64,000 nt of DNA from contig NC_043001.1 in the NCBI RefSeq assembly GCF_006345805.1, positions 40,796,001 to 40,860,000 of the forward strand, written 5' to 3'. Source of the stretch: Octopus sinensis (taxonomy: Eukaryota). The translations under genes were made by a program, and so were the position numbers. Shown piece after piece: positions 38,701 to 51,000 of this stretch (position 1 is the first letter of the stretch; each line of letters starts with the position of its first letter). The notes under the pieces were generated by a model. That model worked only from the letters and a program-made list of their open reading frames with translations, made no database searches and was not told the origin of the DNA.

Positions 38701-39179
38701 CAGGACCCTCAAAACAGAGGGTTCCTAGACCCAGAAATGTGCTAGAAGTTATTTGAGGTACTTTTTCAAAGTACTGGAACTTACTTAATATCTATTTTGT
38801 CAAGAGAGAAAACTAGTTTTCAGCCTTCATGAAATGATGATATACATGAATGACATCAACACAAACACTCACCTGCTCACCAAAAAGTGGCTGTAATTAT
38901 CAATAAAGAAAGAGAAAAATCACATCATCTTAATTTCTTTCTGTATTTCAGAAAAAACATATCACACACACACCGAAATAGAGATAGATATATTTTTGTT
39001 TTTATTTCTGCTCTTCTAAAACCTTTCATATAAATAACTAAGTTTTTGTTTACCTGTTGTAATGACAGTTATTTTTTATCAAGAAGTGTCAGTGCTTCCT
39101 TATTTCCAAAGCCCTTGGAAAGAGGGAGCATTTACTTCATCAAAACAATGAGTTTCTAGGTCAAAAAGTGAAAGTAATT

Positions 39180-39530
39180 TTGATGATGAGGATGAAAGCG
39201 GTTTCATGGCCTATTATTTTAATGGTTACTATGCCATACACTAACATATAAGCTTGATGAATTGCACAAGGCAGTTTTCCTGAGAAAATGTGTTCATAAT
39301 GGCAATTTCTTGCAACAACTCTTTTGGCATACTCTCTCAGGTATCCATCTCACATGATGCAGGTTTTCATGAAACTTTACATCATAACTGCAACCAGGAC
39401 AAACTGAAATGCAATTAAGGAGGCCATAATTTTGCAGAAAAGTGCATTTTGTATATTTGCTGTTAAACATTGTAATCTCATCTATTAACATTTTGATACA
39501 GCTCAATAGATAACAGCCATGCATTGCTCA
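39180..39530 (-). mobile_element. Probable Merlin/ISXO2-like DNA transposase N-terminal remnant
   Basis: FLQNYGLLNCISVCPGCSYDVKFHE..DGY..C..C.K..(R)YEHIFSGKL.L....LI resembles the FLQxxGLL-CPxC-DGxxWxC-SIRxxTxFxGSxL pattern of ISXO2-family transposases. Frameshifted. Confidence 0.45.
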
Positions 39531-40396
39531 CATTGAGAATTTAATTAAAATATCATGAGGATCCATTGAACATCATTGAAATGGCACCTAACTGTTATTT
39601 AACAGTTTCATTTTGAAGGAAAACACTTTCATTTTTTGGTCACTGGCTTTGACAAAGTAAATACTTTTCCTTTCATCAGGCCCTGAACATGAAATGCCAA
39701 AAAGGTGTTATTTTAAATAATTTAGAGCTGGAATTTTGATTAATTGCTTTTAATGATCTTGTTGAGCAAAATTAATCCAAACCCAGATGGTTACAAACTG
39801 ATTCTTTTACCACATTTGTTTGTGTCCATATTAAAAAAAAATATTTCAAATAGTTTATATATGTATTAAATAGGTATGTAATATGAAACCCCACCTGCCT
39901 AACTGTTTTATTTTCTATTCGGGAGGGGGGGGGGTCTTTAAGATTTAAGGAAAAAAAAAAGTTTTAAAAATACAATTAAAAAATAACTTTTTGCTGGTCC
40001 ACAATCTCTATCTCAGAGTACACAACCAGCAGCAGTTTTCCATTTTTGACATATTTTTTCCAATTTGTTTCCTTGTGAATTAGATATATTTAACATAGTA
40101 GATTATAGTCATGAAAGAAAATGTTACAGTTAGGCTTTAGAGTTAGGGCTGGGGTTTAAGTGTAGAGATTATGGTTAGGGTATAGAGCTTAGGATTAGAG
40201 TTACATGGAGAGGGGAACATACTTCAAAGAAAACTGAGCTTGTGAATTTCTTTTTATTTTGCACACAACTGTAATCTTCAATGTTTAAAACATAGAATCC
40301 AGCAAAAACTCGTTTCTAAATATGTTAAAAAGGTTCATAGAGGGCAGATGCTTAACAGAAGCTGAGAACCACTCCTACTAATATTTCTGTATCACT

Positions 40397-40560
40397 AAGG
40401 CTGGCAGAATCGTTAGCATACTGGGCATCTCATCCATCTTTATGTTCTGAGTTCAAACTCTGCCAAGGTTGACTTTGCCTTTTATCGTTTCAGGGTTGAT
40501 AAAATAAGTACCATTCGAGCACTGGGGTTGATGTAATTGAATTACCCCCTCCCCTGAAAG
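40397..40560 (+). mobile_element. Family A/B SINE
   Basis: ggctggcagaatcgttagc..gagttcaaactctgccaaggttgactttgcc..aagtacc. Confidence 0.8.
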
Positions 40561-41784
40561 AAAAACTTAAAGAACATTGAATGCAACAACATCTAAACCA
40601 TAATCATGCTCTCCAACTCTTCCTGGCCATCAATATCTACATCTGGGCTTCTCAGTCATCAGCATTATCAGTATAAAGGAATTAGGCAATCAATTTCAAT
40701 CACAAGAAAGCAATATAACTACTAAGTATTTAGTAAACATTCTTCATAGAAGAGCTTCAAGACTACTGGTGTGTTAACCCATATTTAATACATTAAACTT
40801 CAAGAAAAGAGATATTATTTTCAGCAGCCATTCAAAACTATCACTGACACACTATCTTCCTTTGAAGCATGATGTTATAACAAGAAATATCTATGATACC
40901 ATTGACAGGAAATATTTTCTAAACCCTTTTGATACCAGCCTGCCAAGAATGCTCTTGTTTCTGTGATACCAAACTAAGAATTTCACAGTGGTTATTATGT
41001 AAGATCCTTTTGGTTATGTTTCTAAAAAACAGATTAATAATAATACTAACTTCCATTCAGAGTCATGATAATTTCTACCTTGCCAGTTCCTGTCAAACTG
41101 TCCAACTTATGCCAGCATGGAAAGCGGGTGTTAAATGATGAATTAAAACATATAGTGTTTCATTAGAAATATGGTTATGAAAGAATATTAAGTAAAGAAA
41201 TTTATACAGAATCTACACAAGATATATTTATACCTATTTATGGCAAGGATTATTTATGTTCTATTTTTGGCATGGCTCTAAGGAAGGCATCCAGCTGCAG
41301 AATGTACAAGCAAAAATTAGTCCCCAAACAATCTAGCAGGATAGTAATTCCAAAAGAAAGCTGAATCAGACTGTAAGGACTCAGCTAATCCAGTATGGAA
41401 AAGCAGATGTAAAATGATGATTACAATGATAGTGGAGTTGGTGAAGATGATGATGATGCAAGCTTAACAAAGCAGATATATTTCACTAAATTAGAAAACA
41501 AAATGTGTGCTTTTATGATGAAGAATTGTCTAACTGAAATCAATGTTACATCAAAAGTCAATAAAAAAAAGTAAATCTATGATCAGTTGATGCAAAGCTA
41601 GCAATTATTTAAATTTCAGCATGATTATAAAAACATTAATACAATTAGTTACCTTAAGCAATGTTTATTTGTAAGGTTGTGGGTTTTTTTTTTTAATGAA
41701 AGAACAGAAATAGGTGATCCAAAATCTTCGAGTTTTAACCAATTACTAGCATAGTTAAAATACATAAAACTTTTAATAAAGTAA

Positions 41785-43580
41785 ATTGCTGGACCAGGTG
41801 ATAAAAATTGTGGAGAGAATTGTAGCCCAATTAATTAGATACAGAATTAGACTAGTTGAAATACAGTTTGGCTTTGTCCTTACGAGAAGGACCACTGATG
41901 CAATTTTCATAGTCAGGCAACTGCAACAGAAGTATTTAGCTAAGAACAGGCCATTGTACTTGGCATTTGTTGATAAAGAGAAACCCTTTGACAGAGTACC
42001 TCACTTTATGATACAGTAGTCTCTGAGGAAACTAGGGGTAAATGAATGGCTTGTGAAAGCAGTAGAGGCCTTGCACAGGGGTGCTGTTAGTAAGGTAAGA
42101 GTTAATCCATAGAGTACAGGTAAGTGTTCACCAAGGCTCAATCCTCAGCCCCTCCTATCCATCATTGGCCTCCAGGTCATAACAGAGAAATTTAAGACTG
42201 GAAGCTTATGTGAACTACTATATCCTGGTGATCAGGCCCTCATGGCAGAATCTATAACAGAATTAGAAAAGAAATTCCAGGTGTGGAAACAGAACTTGAA
42301 ATCATAGGGTCTTAAAGTTAACGTAGCAAAAACCAAATCCTAGTGAGTAAGAAATTAGATGGGACCCTACTCTCTTTAGAGGTAAATGGCCCTGTTATAT
42401 ATGTAGGATGGGTTAAGGCAGAAATCCCATTCAGTTAACCCAGTGTAAGCTACAGACAAGAGGTGCAGTAGATAGTAGGAAACGTTAACAGAGAAAGCAG
42501 TGTTTGTATGAGGAAGAGGTACAGGAGCCATAAAGACCACAGATACACAGAAAACTGATTTCATCAAATATCCTTGGAGGGTCTTTGGAAGTTGTAGATA
42601 ATTTCTGCTACCTAGGTGATTTAATTATCAGTGGAGGAGGTTATACAGGAAGAGTAATTAGTAAGAACTTTTACTTCTGTTGGCAACCAAAGGTCTCTTT
42701 CTCCAAGTAGAATGAAGATTGTATGGTGCATGAATACAAACAGCAATACTACACGGTAATGAGACACGGACCCCGAATGCAGAGGATATGCAAAGACTAG
42801 AGTGGAATGAAGCTGGTATGCTCTGCTGAATGTGCAACATCAGTGTACAAGTGTGATATAGTATTAGTGTATTGAGAGAAAAGATGGGCATAAGCAGAAT
42901 TATCTGCAGTGTGCAAGAGAGGATACTGTGCTGATTTGGTCACATGATGCAGATGGATGAGGACTGTTGCATAAAGAACTGCCAATCACTTAAAGTGGAA
43001 GGATGTTGAAAGAAAGACATGCTGAACCTCACAAAGGAGATGACAGAGGACTGAGATATGTAGTATTGCTGTACTCAAGAAAACTCACCCACCACAGCAG
43101 AAATGGTATTCTAAACCATTAAGGTGGCGAGCTGGCAGAAACGTTAGCACGCTGGGCGAAATGCTTAGCGGTACTTCGTCTGCCGTTACGTTGTGAGTTC
43201 AAATTCAGCTGAGGTCAACTTTGCCTTTCATCCTTCCGGGGTTGATAAATTAAGTACCAGTTACGTACTGGGGTTGATGCAATCGACTTAATACCTATGT
43301 CTGTCCTTGTTTGTCCCCTCTATGTTTAGCCCCTTGTGGGTAATAAAGAAATAGGTATTCTAAACCAAAGTGCCAGATAAAAGGCATTGATGTTGGTGCT
43401 GGTGCCATATAAAAAGCACCAAGTACACTCTGTAAAATGGTTGGTGATGGGAAGGCCATCCAGCTGTAGAAACCAAGCCAAAACAGACTATGGAACCTAG
43501 TCCTATCCCTGGTCTTGCCAGTTCCTGTCAAACCATTCAACCCATACCAGCATGGAAAATAGATGTCAAATGATGATGAG
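41785..43580 (+). mobile_element. 5'-truncated RTE-clade LINE, decayed, with 3' tail
   Basis: LDQVIKIVERIVAQLIR..QFGFV..RRTTDAIFIVRQLQQKY..RPLYLAFVDKEKPFDRVP, then HQGSILSPLL-like, VDNFCYLGD-like and WFGHMM segments. Ends in a (GAT)n tail at 43570-43580. Confidence 0.9.
43119..43353 (+). mobile_element. Family A SINE inserted in the RTE 3' UTR, 14-bp TSD
   Basis: GGTATTCTAAACCA at 43105-43118 and 43354-43367. Confidence 0.92.
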
Positions 43581-44591
43581 ATTTTTAATGAAATAATTGT
43601 TGTTTGAATATCAATAAAAGCATATTGTTTCTTCATAACTAACTCCTATTCATTCCCTTGAACAAAAACAACAGCTAAATAAAGAATATAACATACATAA
43701 AACTATTATACAACTAAATCACATGGATAAAAGGAATTTTGTGTACACTGAGAATGATGAGAGCAGCAGCAGCAACAATAACAAAATTTAAGTTAAAATT
43801 AAATAGATCATTTTAGAAAACAAGGATTTGTTTAGATGCTATAACTAACATGGTAAAATTTGCCATTAATGAATCACAGATCTGTTATTCAAAACAGACT
43901 CCCCAGTAATTTACCAAAGCATGCTATTCTGAATTTGGAATTATCAAATAACAAATTGATCATTTGGTCTTGCTTTCATTTAATTTGTGTGAAAGTAAAT
44001 ATCTAAACATGCACAGTTTAAATAGTTTAAATAGTAATTGGAGTAAAAAGTTTGTGTTACATACACACAAATAGAAATCAATTAAACTAATCTCAATAAA
44101 CAGATAAATAATTTTGGACAGTATTTTGAACAAATAATGGTGCAAAAGTAAAAAAAGAAAAATGTCAGTCTTTCTGCTTCTGTTGGATAATGTAATGATT
44201 AAAGTTGAATTGATCCAGCTAGACAACTTAATGTTTTCATTAACAATATCCTTATTTTCCATCACATTCTGTCAGTTCTACTTAAAATGTATTTTATGTT
44301 GATAAACCCCAGTTAGCTCTGTTTGGCAGAATCTACAACATCAAAGTAATTGAGTAAATGAAAAATGTCAAACATTAGCAACCCACATTCATTGACAACA
44401 CCTAATCCTAAGAATTAAGCCTTGAGAAGAAGCTATGTCTACCACACTGTGCATAAAGTCTTGGTTTGTCTTTACTGACTGTATATAATTGATTATGGTT
44501 AAATCCCACTTCTGCTTGTTATCTAGCTTTGCTTCATTAGATTCTTATCACATTATCAGGTTCCCTGGTGTGTGTATGCATATATATATAT

Positions 44592-44666
<75 letters not shown>

Positions 44667-44979
44667 TATGAGAAGTAATGGTGTCAATAAGACCCAAAAG
44701 TGTCAGGTAATACTGAGTAAGTGCTAAGGACAGACTATAGTTAAGCTCCTCATTTGGTGATTATGCAAATATGGAGTCCAATGGAGGTCATATATCAGCA
44801 TGTGTATATATAAAAAAAATTAACAGAATGAGATAATATTCCAAGGCCGTGACAAATTTCAGACGTACATATACATATGAGTACATGTTGTATGTATAGG
44901 TGTTGACATGTATAAATATCTATATACATGTTTAATATATGCATGTGTATACATCTTCACATATATATATTCTACGATT

Positions 44980-45530
44980 AAGCACTGACCTGTCCTCTAA
45001 CCAACCTAACCTATATTCCCAAATTCTTTTTTCTACCATTTTAGTACCCCTACCCCCCTCTCTCTGCCCCTCACTTAGGCTCTATCACTACATACCTGAC
45101 ACTCTTTTACTATTTACCCTCTCATATCTTTACACTCTCTATCACCCTCAACACCTCATTACTTCTACCTGATACTCCTTTACTCTTTACCCTCTCATAT
45201 CTTTCTTTCTCTCTATCACCCTCGCCTCCCCATTCCTTCTATCAATTTATCTTGACTGACCACTAACCAGTACACTTTCCCTCTCTTCATTTCTTTATTA
45301 TCTCTCTCTCTTCGCTTTCCTTTTTTCTTTTCTTTTTCCTCTCTTCCAGTTTTTGATTATTAACTGTTTCTTATATGTATTAGCCCTCCCAACCACTTAG
45401 ACCATCTGAAGAAGCCTAGAGGCACATTCATCATCTAAGCCTTATCTGCCCATCCCCACAGATCACTGAAGAGATGGAGATAACCTGGAGGATTTTGTTA
45501 CCTCTTGGCAGAAACAGCTGTAGCAAAATA
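44980..45530 (+). mobile_element. Pyrimidine-rich Penelope-like 3' region ending in hammerhead-like motifs
   Basis: C/T-rich tract with a ~73-bp internal duplication, followed by CTGAAGA (45406, 45466) and GAAACAGCTGTA (45511-45522). Similar C/T-rich tracts occur at 13870-14140 (minus), 16170-17050 and 61700-61950. Confidence 0.45.
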
Positions 45531-45671
45531 GCATCTACTGACAATCTGTTCATTTCTGTAATACTAATACATGTGTATGTATTCATCTAATACACTGGAA
45601 TAAATAGACATACTAGAATGTTTACCAGCTGATGTCTGTCCATTTTGTATCCTCTCCACTTTCTTATTTAT

Positions 45672-45704
<33 letters not shown>

Positions 45705-45748
45705 CAATGATAAATATCAAAGTGAGTTATATACAGTAGCGGTAACAC

Positions 45749-45890
45749 ATCGTGATGTATTTTTGCCATTTCAATATGGCTAACCCCTAAGGGTGGATGC
45801 TACTGTAGTGTGTCCTCCTGGGGCTAAAAACTACAGTAGCATCCACCCTTAGGGGTTAGCCATATTGAAATGGCAAAAATACGTCACGAT
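45749..45890. repeat. 61-bp near-perfect inverted repeat with 20-nt loop
   Basis: Arms 45749-45809 and 45830-45890 are reverse complements except for one position (a G-T wobble). Confidence 0.95.
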
Positions 45891-45966
45891 ATATATATAT
45901 ATATATATGTATATATCATCATCATCATCATCGTAGAACGGACGTTAAACGATGATGATGATGATG

Positions 45967-46021
<55 letters not shown>

Positions 46022-46536
46022 ATACACACACACACACATATATATATATATACACACACACATATATATATATACACACACACACATATATATAACACAC
46101 ATATATATATATACACACACACACCATATATATACACACATATATATATATAATACACACATATATATATAACACACACACACACATATATATACACACA
46201 TATATATATATATACACACACACACCATATATATACACACATATATATATATATACACACACACACATATATATATACACACATATATATATATACACAC
46301 ACACATACATACATACATATATATATATATACCACACACACACACATATATATACACACATATATATATATAATACACACATATATATATATACACACAC
46401 ACACATATATATACACACATATATATATATATACACACACACACAACATATATATACACACACATATATATATATATACACACACACACATATATATATA
46501 CACACACATATATATATACACACACACACACACAAC

Positions 46537-46569
<33 letters not shown>

Positions 46570-46603
46570 TATATATATAATATATATATATATATATACA
46601 TAT

Positions 46604-46650
<47 letters not shown>

Positions 46651-46667
46651 TACATACATACATATAT
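45891..46667. repeat. Long compound (TA)n(CA)n microsatellite/minisatellite
   Basis: Directly visible; source of the 236-261 aa V/C/Y/I pseudo-ORFs. Confidence 0.97.
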
Positions 46668-48170
46668 CTGACTTCACATATTACCAAAGTCATGGAATGA
46701 ATTGTCAGAAGGAAGTTGATTGCATTCCTAGAAGAAAATGACTTGCTAAATGAGACCCCCAAGCATGATTTCCGTCCAGGTAGAAGCTGCCTCACACAGC
46801 TCTTGCAGCATTATGATTGGGTCCTGAAGCAGCTACTTGACCATTCAAATGTTGATGTGATATATCTCGACTTTGCAAAAGCCTTTGACAAAGTTGATCA
46901 TGGCATGATATGTCACAGTCTGCGAAACCTTGGCATAGCTGGTAAATTAGGAGAGTGGCTGCATGACTTCCTGAATGGTAGAAGCCAGGCAGTTGCAGCC
47001 AATGGAGAATTATCTAGGGAAACATAAATATTGAGAGATGTTCCACAAGGAACTGTCCTGGGGCCATAACTGTTCATAGTAGCCTGTCTGGACATGCCTA
47101 CAGTCTCTCAGACAGCCATTGTCACTAGCTACGCTGATGACACAAAACTATCTCAGGCAATAAAGAATCCTGATGATGTCATAAGCCTGCAGAATGACCT
47201 AAATGCAATATACAAGTGGGCAGAGCAAAATAATATGTGGTTCAATGCTAAAATATTTCAAGTACTGCGCTGCAAGACCACAAGTGCCCCCCCCCCCAAC
47301 TGGCATACACAGGACCTGGAGGTACTGCAATCCCAGAACCACAAACAGTGAGAGACCTGGGCATCAGCATGTGTAGTGATGCATCATTTCACATGCACAT
47401 TGTCAAGTTGACAGCAAAATGCAGACAACTGGCAGGGTGGATACTGAGGACATCCAAAACAAGGTATCAAAAAGTCATGTTGACTCTATGGAAGACATTT
47501 GTTTTGAGCTGCCTAGACTATTGCTCTCAGTTGTAGTCACCACACAGTGTCAAACTGACAGCAGAACTCGAGGCAATTCAGCATCACTATACAAAAAAGA
47601 TTGCCACAGTCCAGCAGATGAACTACAGGGAGCGACTGAAGGCACTAAGTCTCTACTCACTGGAGTGCAGGCGGGAGAGATATGTAATAATTTACATATG
47701 GAAAATACTGGAAGGACTGGTACCAAAGTTTGGCGTCAAGTACTACACAAATGCCCGCACAGGTTGCCACTGCATACCAAGGGTACTGTCCACTGCATCT
47801 CACATAAGAACAAGGTACTGCAACAGCCTCGGTTTCAGAGGACCTCAGCTCTTTAATGCCCTGCCAAAACAATTGAGAGCCCTACAAGACATGGATATAG
47901 AGGTCTTCAAAACAAAACTCGACACATTCCTATCCACAATCTCAGACGAACTGATGGCTCGAAATGAGACACAGTTGAGGGCAGCGATGTCAAATTCTCT
48001 TATACACCAGATGTGCCATCGAAATTCTTGATTGGACTACATCAGGTGGCAGGAAAGAGCCATGCAAGAAACATGCAGAGAGCACAGCATAAGGAAGAAA
48101 AGTCATGGTGGTGCTCCAGCATGACCGCAGCCACTTGGCTGAAACTCATAAATAAATAAATAAATAAATA
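46668..48170 (+). mobile_element. 5'-truncated CR1-group LINE (RT domain to 3' tail), moderately decayed
   Basis: [109 protein letters not shown]. Ends in (ATAA)n at 48148-48170. Confidence 0.95.
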
Positions 48171-50396
48171 TATATGTATATATATTCACATGCGTAAGGT
48201 ATGTGGATACATATGTGTGTATGTATACTTTTATGTTTGTATGCACTGAAGTGTCCAATACAACTTTCCAGTAAAGAATAAGGTGTCTGATACATTCTTT
48301 TCCTGGTTTCAGTCACCAAAATGCACCATTATTGGGGTAACATATTCAAAGCATTTATCTTTAAGTAATTATTCCAGTTGATTAATACTATGGTTTCATG
48401 TTGGTTTTTAGGTAATTGTTGATTTTAGTTAATAGTCTTCTGTGGCAATCTTTTGGGCTCTAAAGTGAAACTATGGTATGGTATAGTTATTGTAATATAA
48501 GCACTCACATACTCTTATAATTAGACAATAATGTCTCACGTTGTGACATTGGGAAGAATTGTAGATATTGCCTTTATGTAAAACTCCGAAAGAAAATATA
48601 TTACAATGATTTTTTTTTCTTCTTCTGGCCTGAAAGAAGATTAGAAATTAGAAACTTACACTGTAAGCTCGCAGTTTGCAATAGTTAGCTGTACCTAATT
48701 ACAATTAAGTGAGCTGACCCATTGACAACTGAATGTTTTTGCCAAGGAAGGTTATATCATCATAATACTGATGACAAATTAAAAACTTTTGTCTCCCACC
48801 AGGTCAATATCCATATATCTATAAAGCTCTTGCTTAAGGGACAAATGATAAATATTTATCAGTTTTATTCACTGGTGAAACAGTCAAATGTCAAATACTG
48901 CCCTTCCTGCAAGATTATCAGTGGTAATCAGTAATAAGTGATATTAGACATACTAACTTAAGGAAAGGGAAAATAGTTGTTGTGATGCACATCTTTCCCA
49001 GGAGCATCAATAACACAAGTGAAGTAGCACCAGTTATATAAGGAACCAATTCTGAGCTGCAGTTTCAGTTTACAATGAACTTGCCTACGTTCTATCAGTA
49101 AAATAAATGCTAAAACAATGTGGTTAGCAAGGAAATTACTTGATCAAGAGTGCCAGAATTGTGGAAGGGTAACCACTAAGTCAATGCATAAATCTATACA
49201 AGATAGTCAAGGGTAACAAAAATTGCAAAAAAAAAAAGTTGAAATAGACTGACTACACACAAATCTCAATTAGTTATAATTGGAAATAGACATACAGTGA
49301 AAGGAACAATTAATTTGATTTTTGAAAGGTACAGTGCCAGATCGGATTGGAGCCTGGTGCAGCCTTCTAGCTTGCCAGCCCTCAGTCAAACCATCCAACT
49401 CATGCCAGCATGGAAAGCGGACGTTAAATGACGATGATGACAGCGAAAACTCTGGAGATGTTTGAATTTTATTAAGTTTACCATATGTCTAGTTGTAATT
49501 GATGGAAATTCAGTGGTCAGCCCTTTTATTACATTTTTTTAATATTTGAGGTTGCTACTCCTGCCTGTCTTGGTTAAATTTAAATGTTGTTTCAGTGTTT
49601 ACCTCTTCACAATTCAGGAGAACCTTGATTAATTAGTTTCCTTGCTAGTTACATTAAGTGTGTTAGTGCTTACTTTACTAATTATTTTCCATACCAATGG
49701 GTAATTTCCTTCACTCATTATGTTACTTACTGCTGGTTGCACTTACATTTATCTTTCTTGCCTGAATTCTTTTCAAACCTTTATTTTCTATGAGAATTTT
49801 GAATAAGTACACTCAATGATTCATCTTTAGCTCCCAAACATGGTTTTACATTTTATAAGATATGCAAACAACCATTCTTGACTGTATAAATATAAAAGGT
49901 TAAAATAGTTTCATTTGCTTTTTTTTTTTAGCATTTTTTGTTAGTATTTCTGTTCGTGTATAATATGTAAAATATTAAATCAACAGGCCATATGCATCAC
50001 ACTGGGGAACCCTATGCAGCCTATAATGAATTTTGGAATGTATTTATTTATAAGAAAATTAAATGCTGGCACGTAAAGGAAGAAAACATTCTATTCATAT
50101 GAGATTACTGCAGAATCAAAATTTTAGAACCAAAATAAATAGTCCTCGTTTTTTTCTTATTCATGATTCATACTTAAAAAAATATTTCAAATATTCACTG
50201 AATCTATTTGAAATCTTACATCTTAGGAAAGTAATGTAGTCCACATCACTGATACCAAAACATATCACATACTTAAACCAAGGAAATCATTACATAGTTG
50301 TGCAACCTACTAAAATTAGCACCTGGATCTCCTTAAAAAACCTCACCCTACCATTTTAAAAATGACAGGATATATTGGTTACAATTTAGTTTGAGA

Positions 50397-50606
50397 TACA
50401 AAGGGTGCTGAAAAGTTCCTGGCTTTCGGTAAAAGAAAATACAGGGGGATCAGTTAATTATGATTTTATTCAATATAATCTTCTCTCAGATTCACACACT
50501 TATTGCAGTGATCCTCAGTTTTACTAAACCCTGTAAAAGAAGTCGGAAGGTAGGACCTCCAACCAGGCCTTTTGTAATACCCTTAAAGCCAGGAACTGTT
50601 CAGCAC
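50397..50606. mobile_element. Tc1/mariner-type MITE
   Basis: TIR gtgctgaaaagttcctggcttt versus aaagccaggaactgttcagcac (one mismatch); left end begins TA-CAAAGGGTG. Confidence 0.75.
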
Positions 50607-50744
50607 TATAACAGGAAAAAAAAATAAGATTGTTAAAAGTGGAATATCTTTGACCAAGAATCTGCTTCTAAAAATAACATATTTTTAAAAGCAAGATTTT
50701 ACTGATTAATACTGAGGTACCACCTTTAAGGTTTTAGTTGATCA

Positions 50745-51000
50745 TAACTCCAGTACTTGTTTTAACCTGATACAGATTTCATCATACCTATTTGCTGAGT
50801 TTCTAAGTTATGGAGTATAAAGAGATAAAATGTAAACACAATACAAACACACACACACACACACACATCTATTTACACTCACAAGACACTGATCAACTTG
50901 AGGTTGCTGTGAAAGACCAAGGTGCCATACAATGGAATCAAACTTGGAACTATGCAGTTGCAAAGTGAACTTCTCATGAACGCAGCCATGAGAACTATTC
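50745..51000 (-). mobile_element. Family C SINE, degenerate (similar copies at about 36040-36160, 37340-37500, 52400-52570, 53080-53240, 62700-62870)
   Basis: Shared blocks gcaaagtgaacttct/ggaagcaaa, ccaaggtgccat and internal (CA)n. Confidence 0.65.

Noticed and set aside
40128-40205. Interstitial telomere array
   Set aside because: Only a few, heavily degenerate TTAGGG-like units; such motifs are common inside repeats.
45870-46795. Longest ORFs in the track (236-261 aa)
   Set aside because: Translations of (TA)/(CA) microsatellite; the same applies to ORFs at 272-845, 2312-2664, 25348-25602 and 26194-26638.
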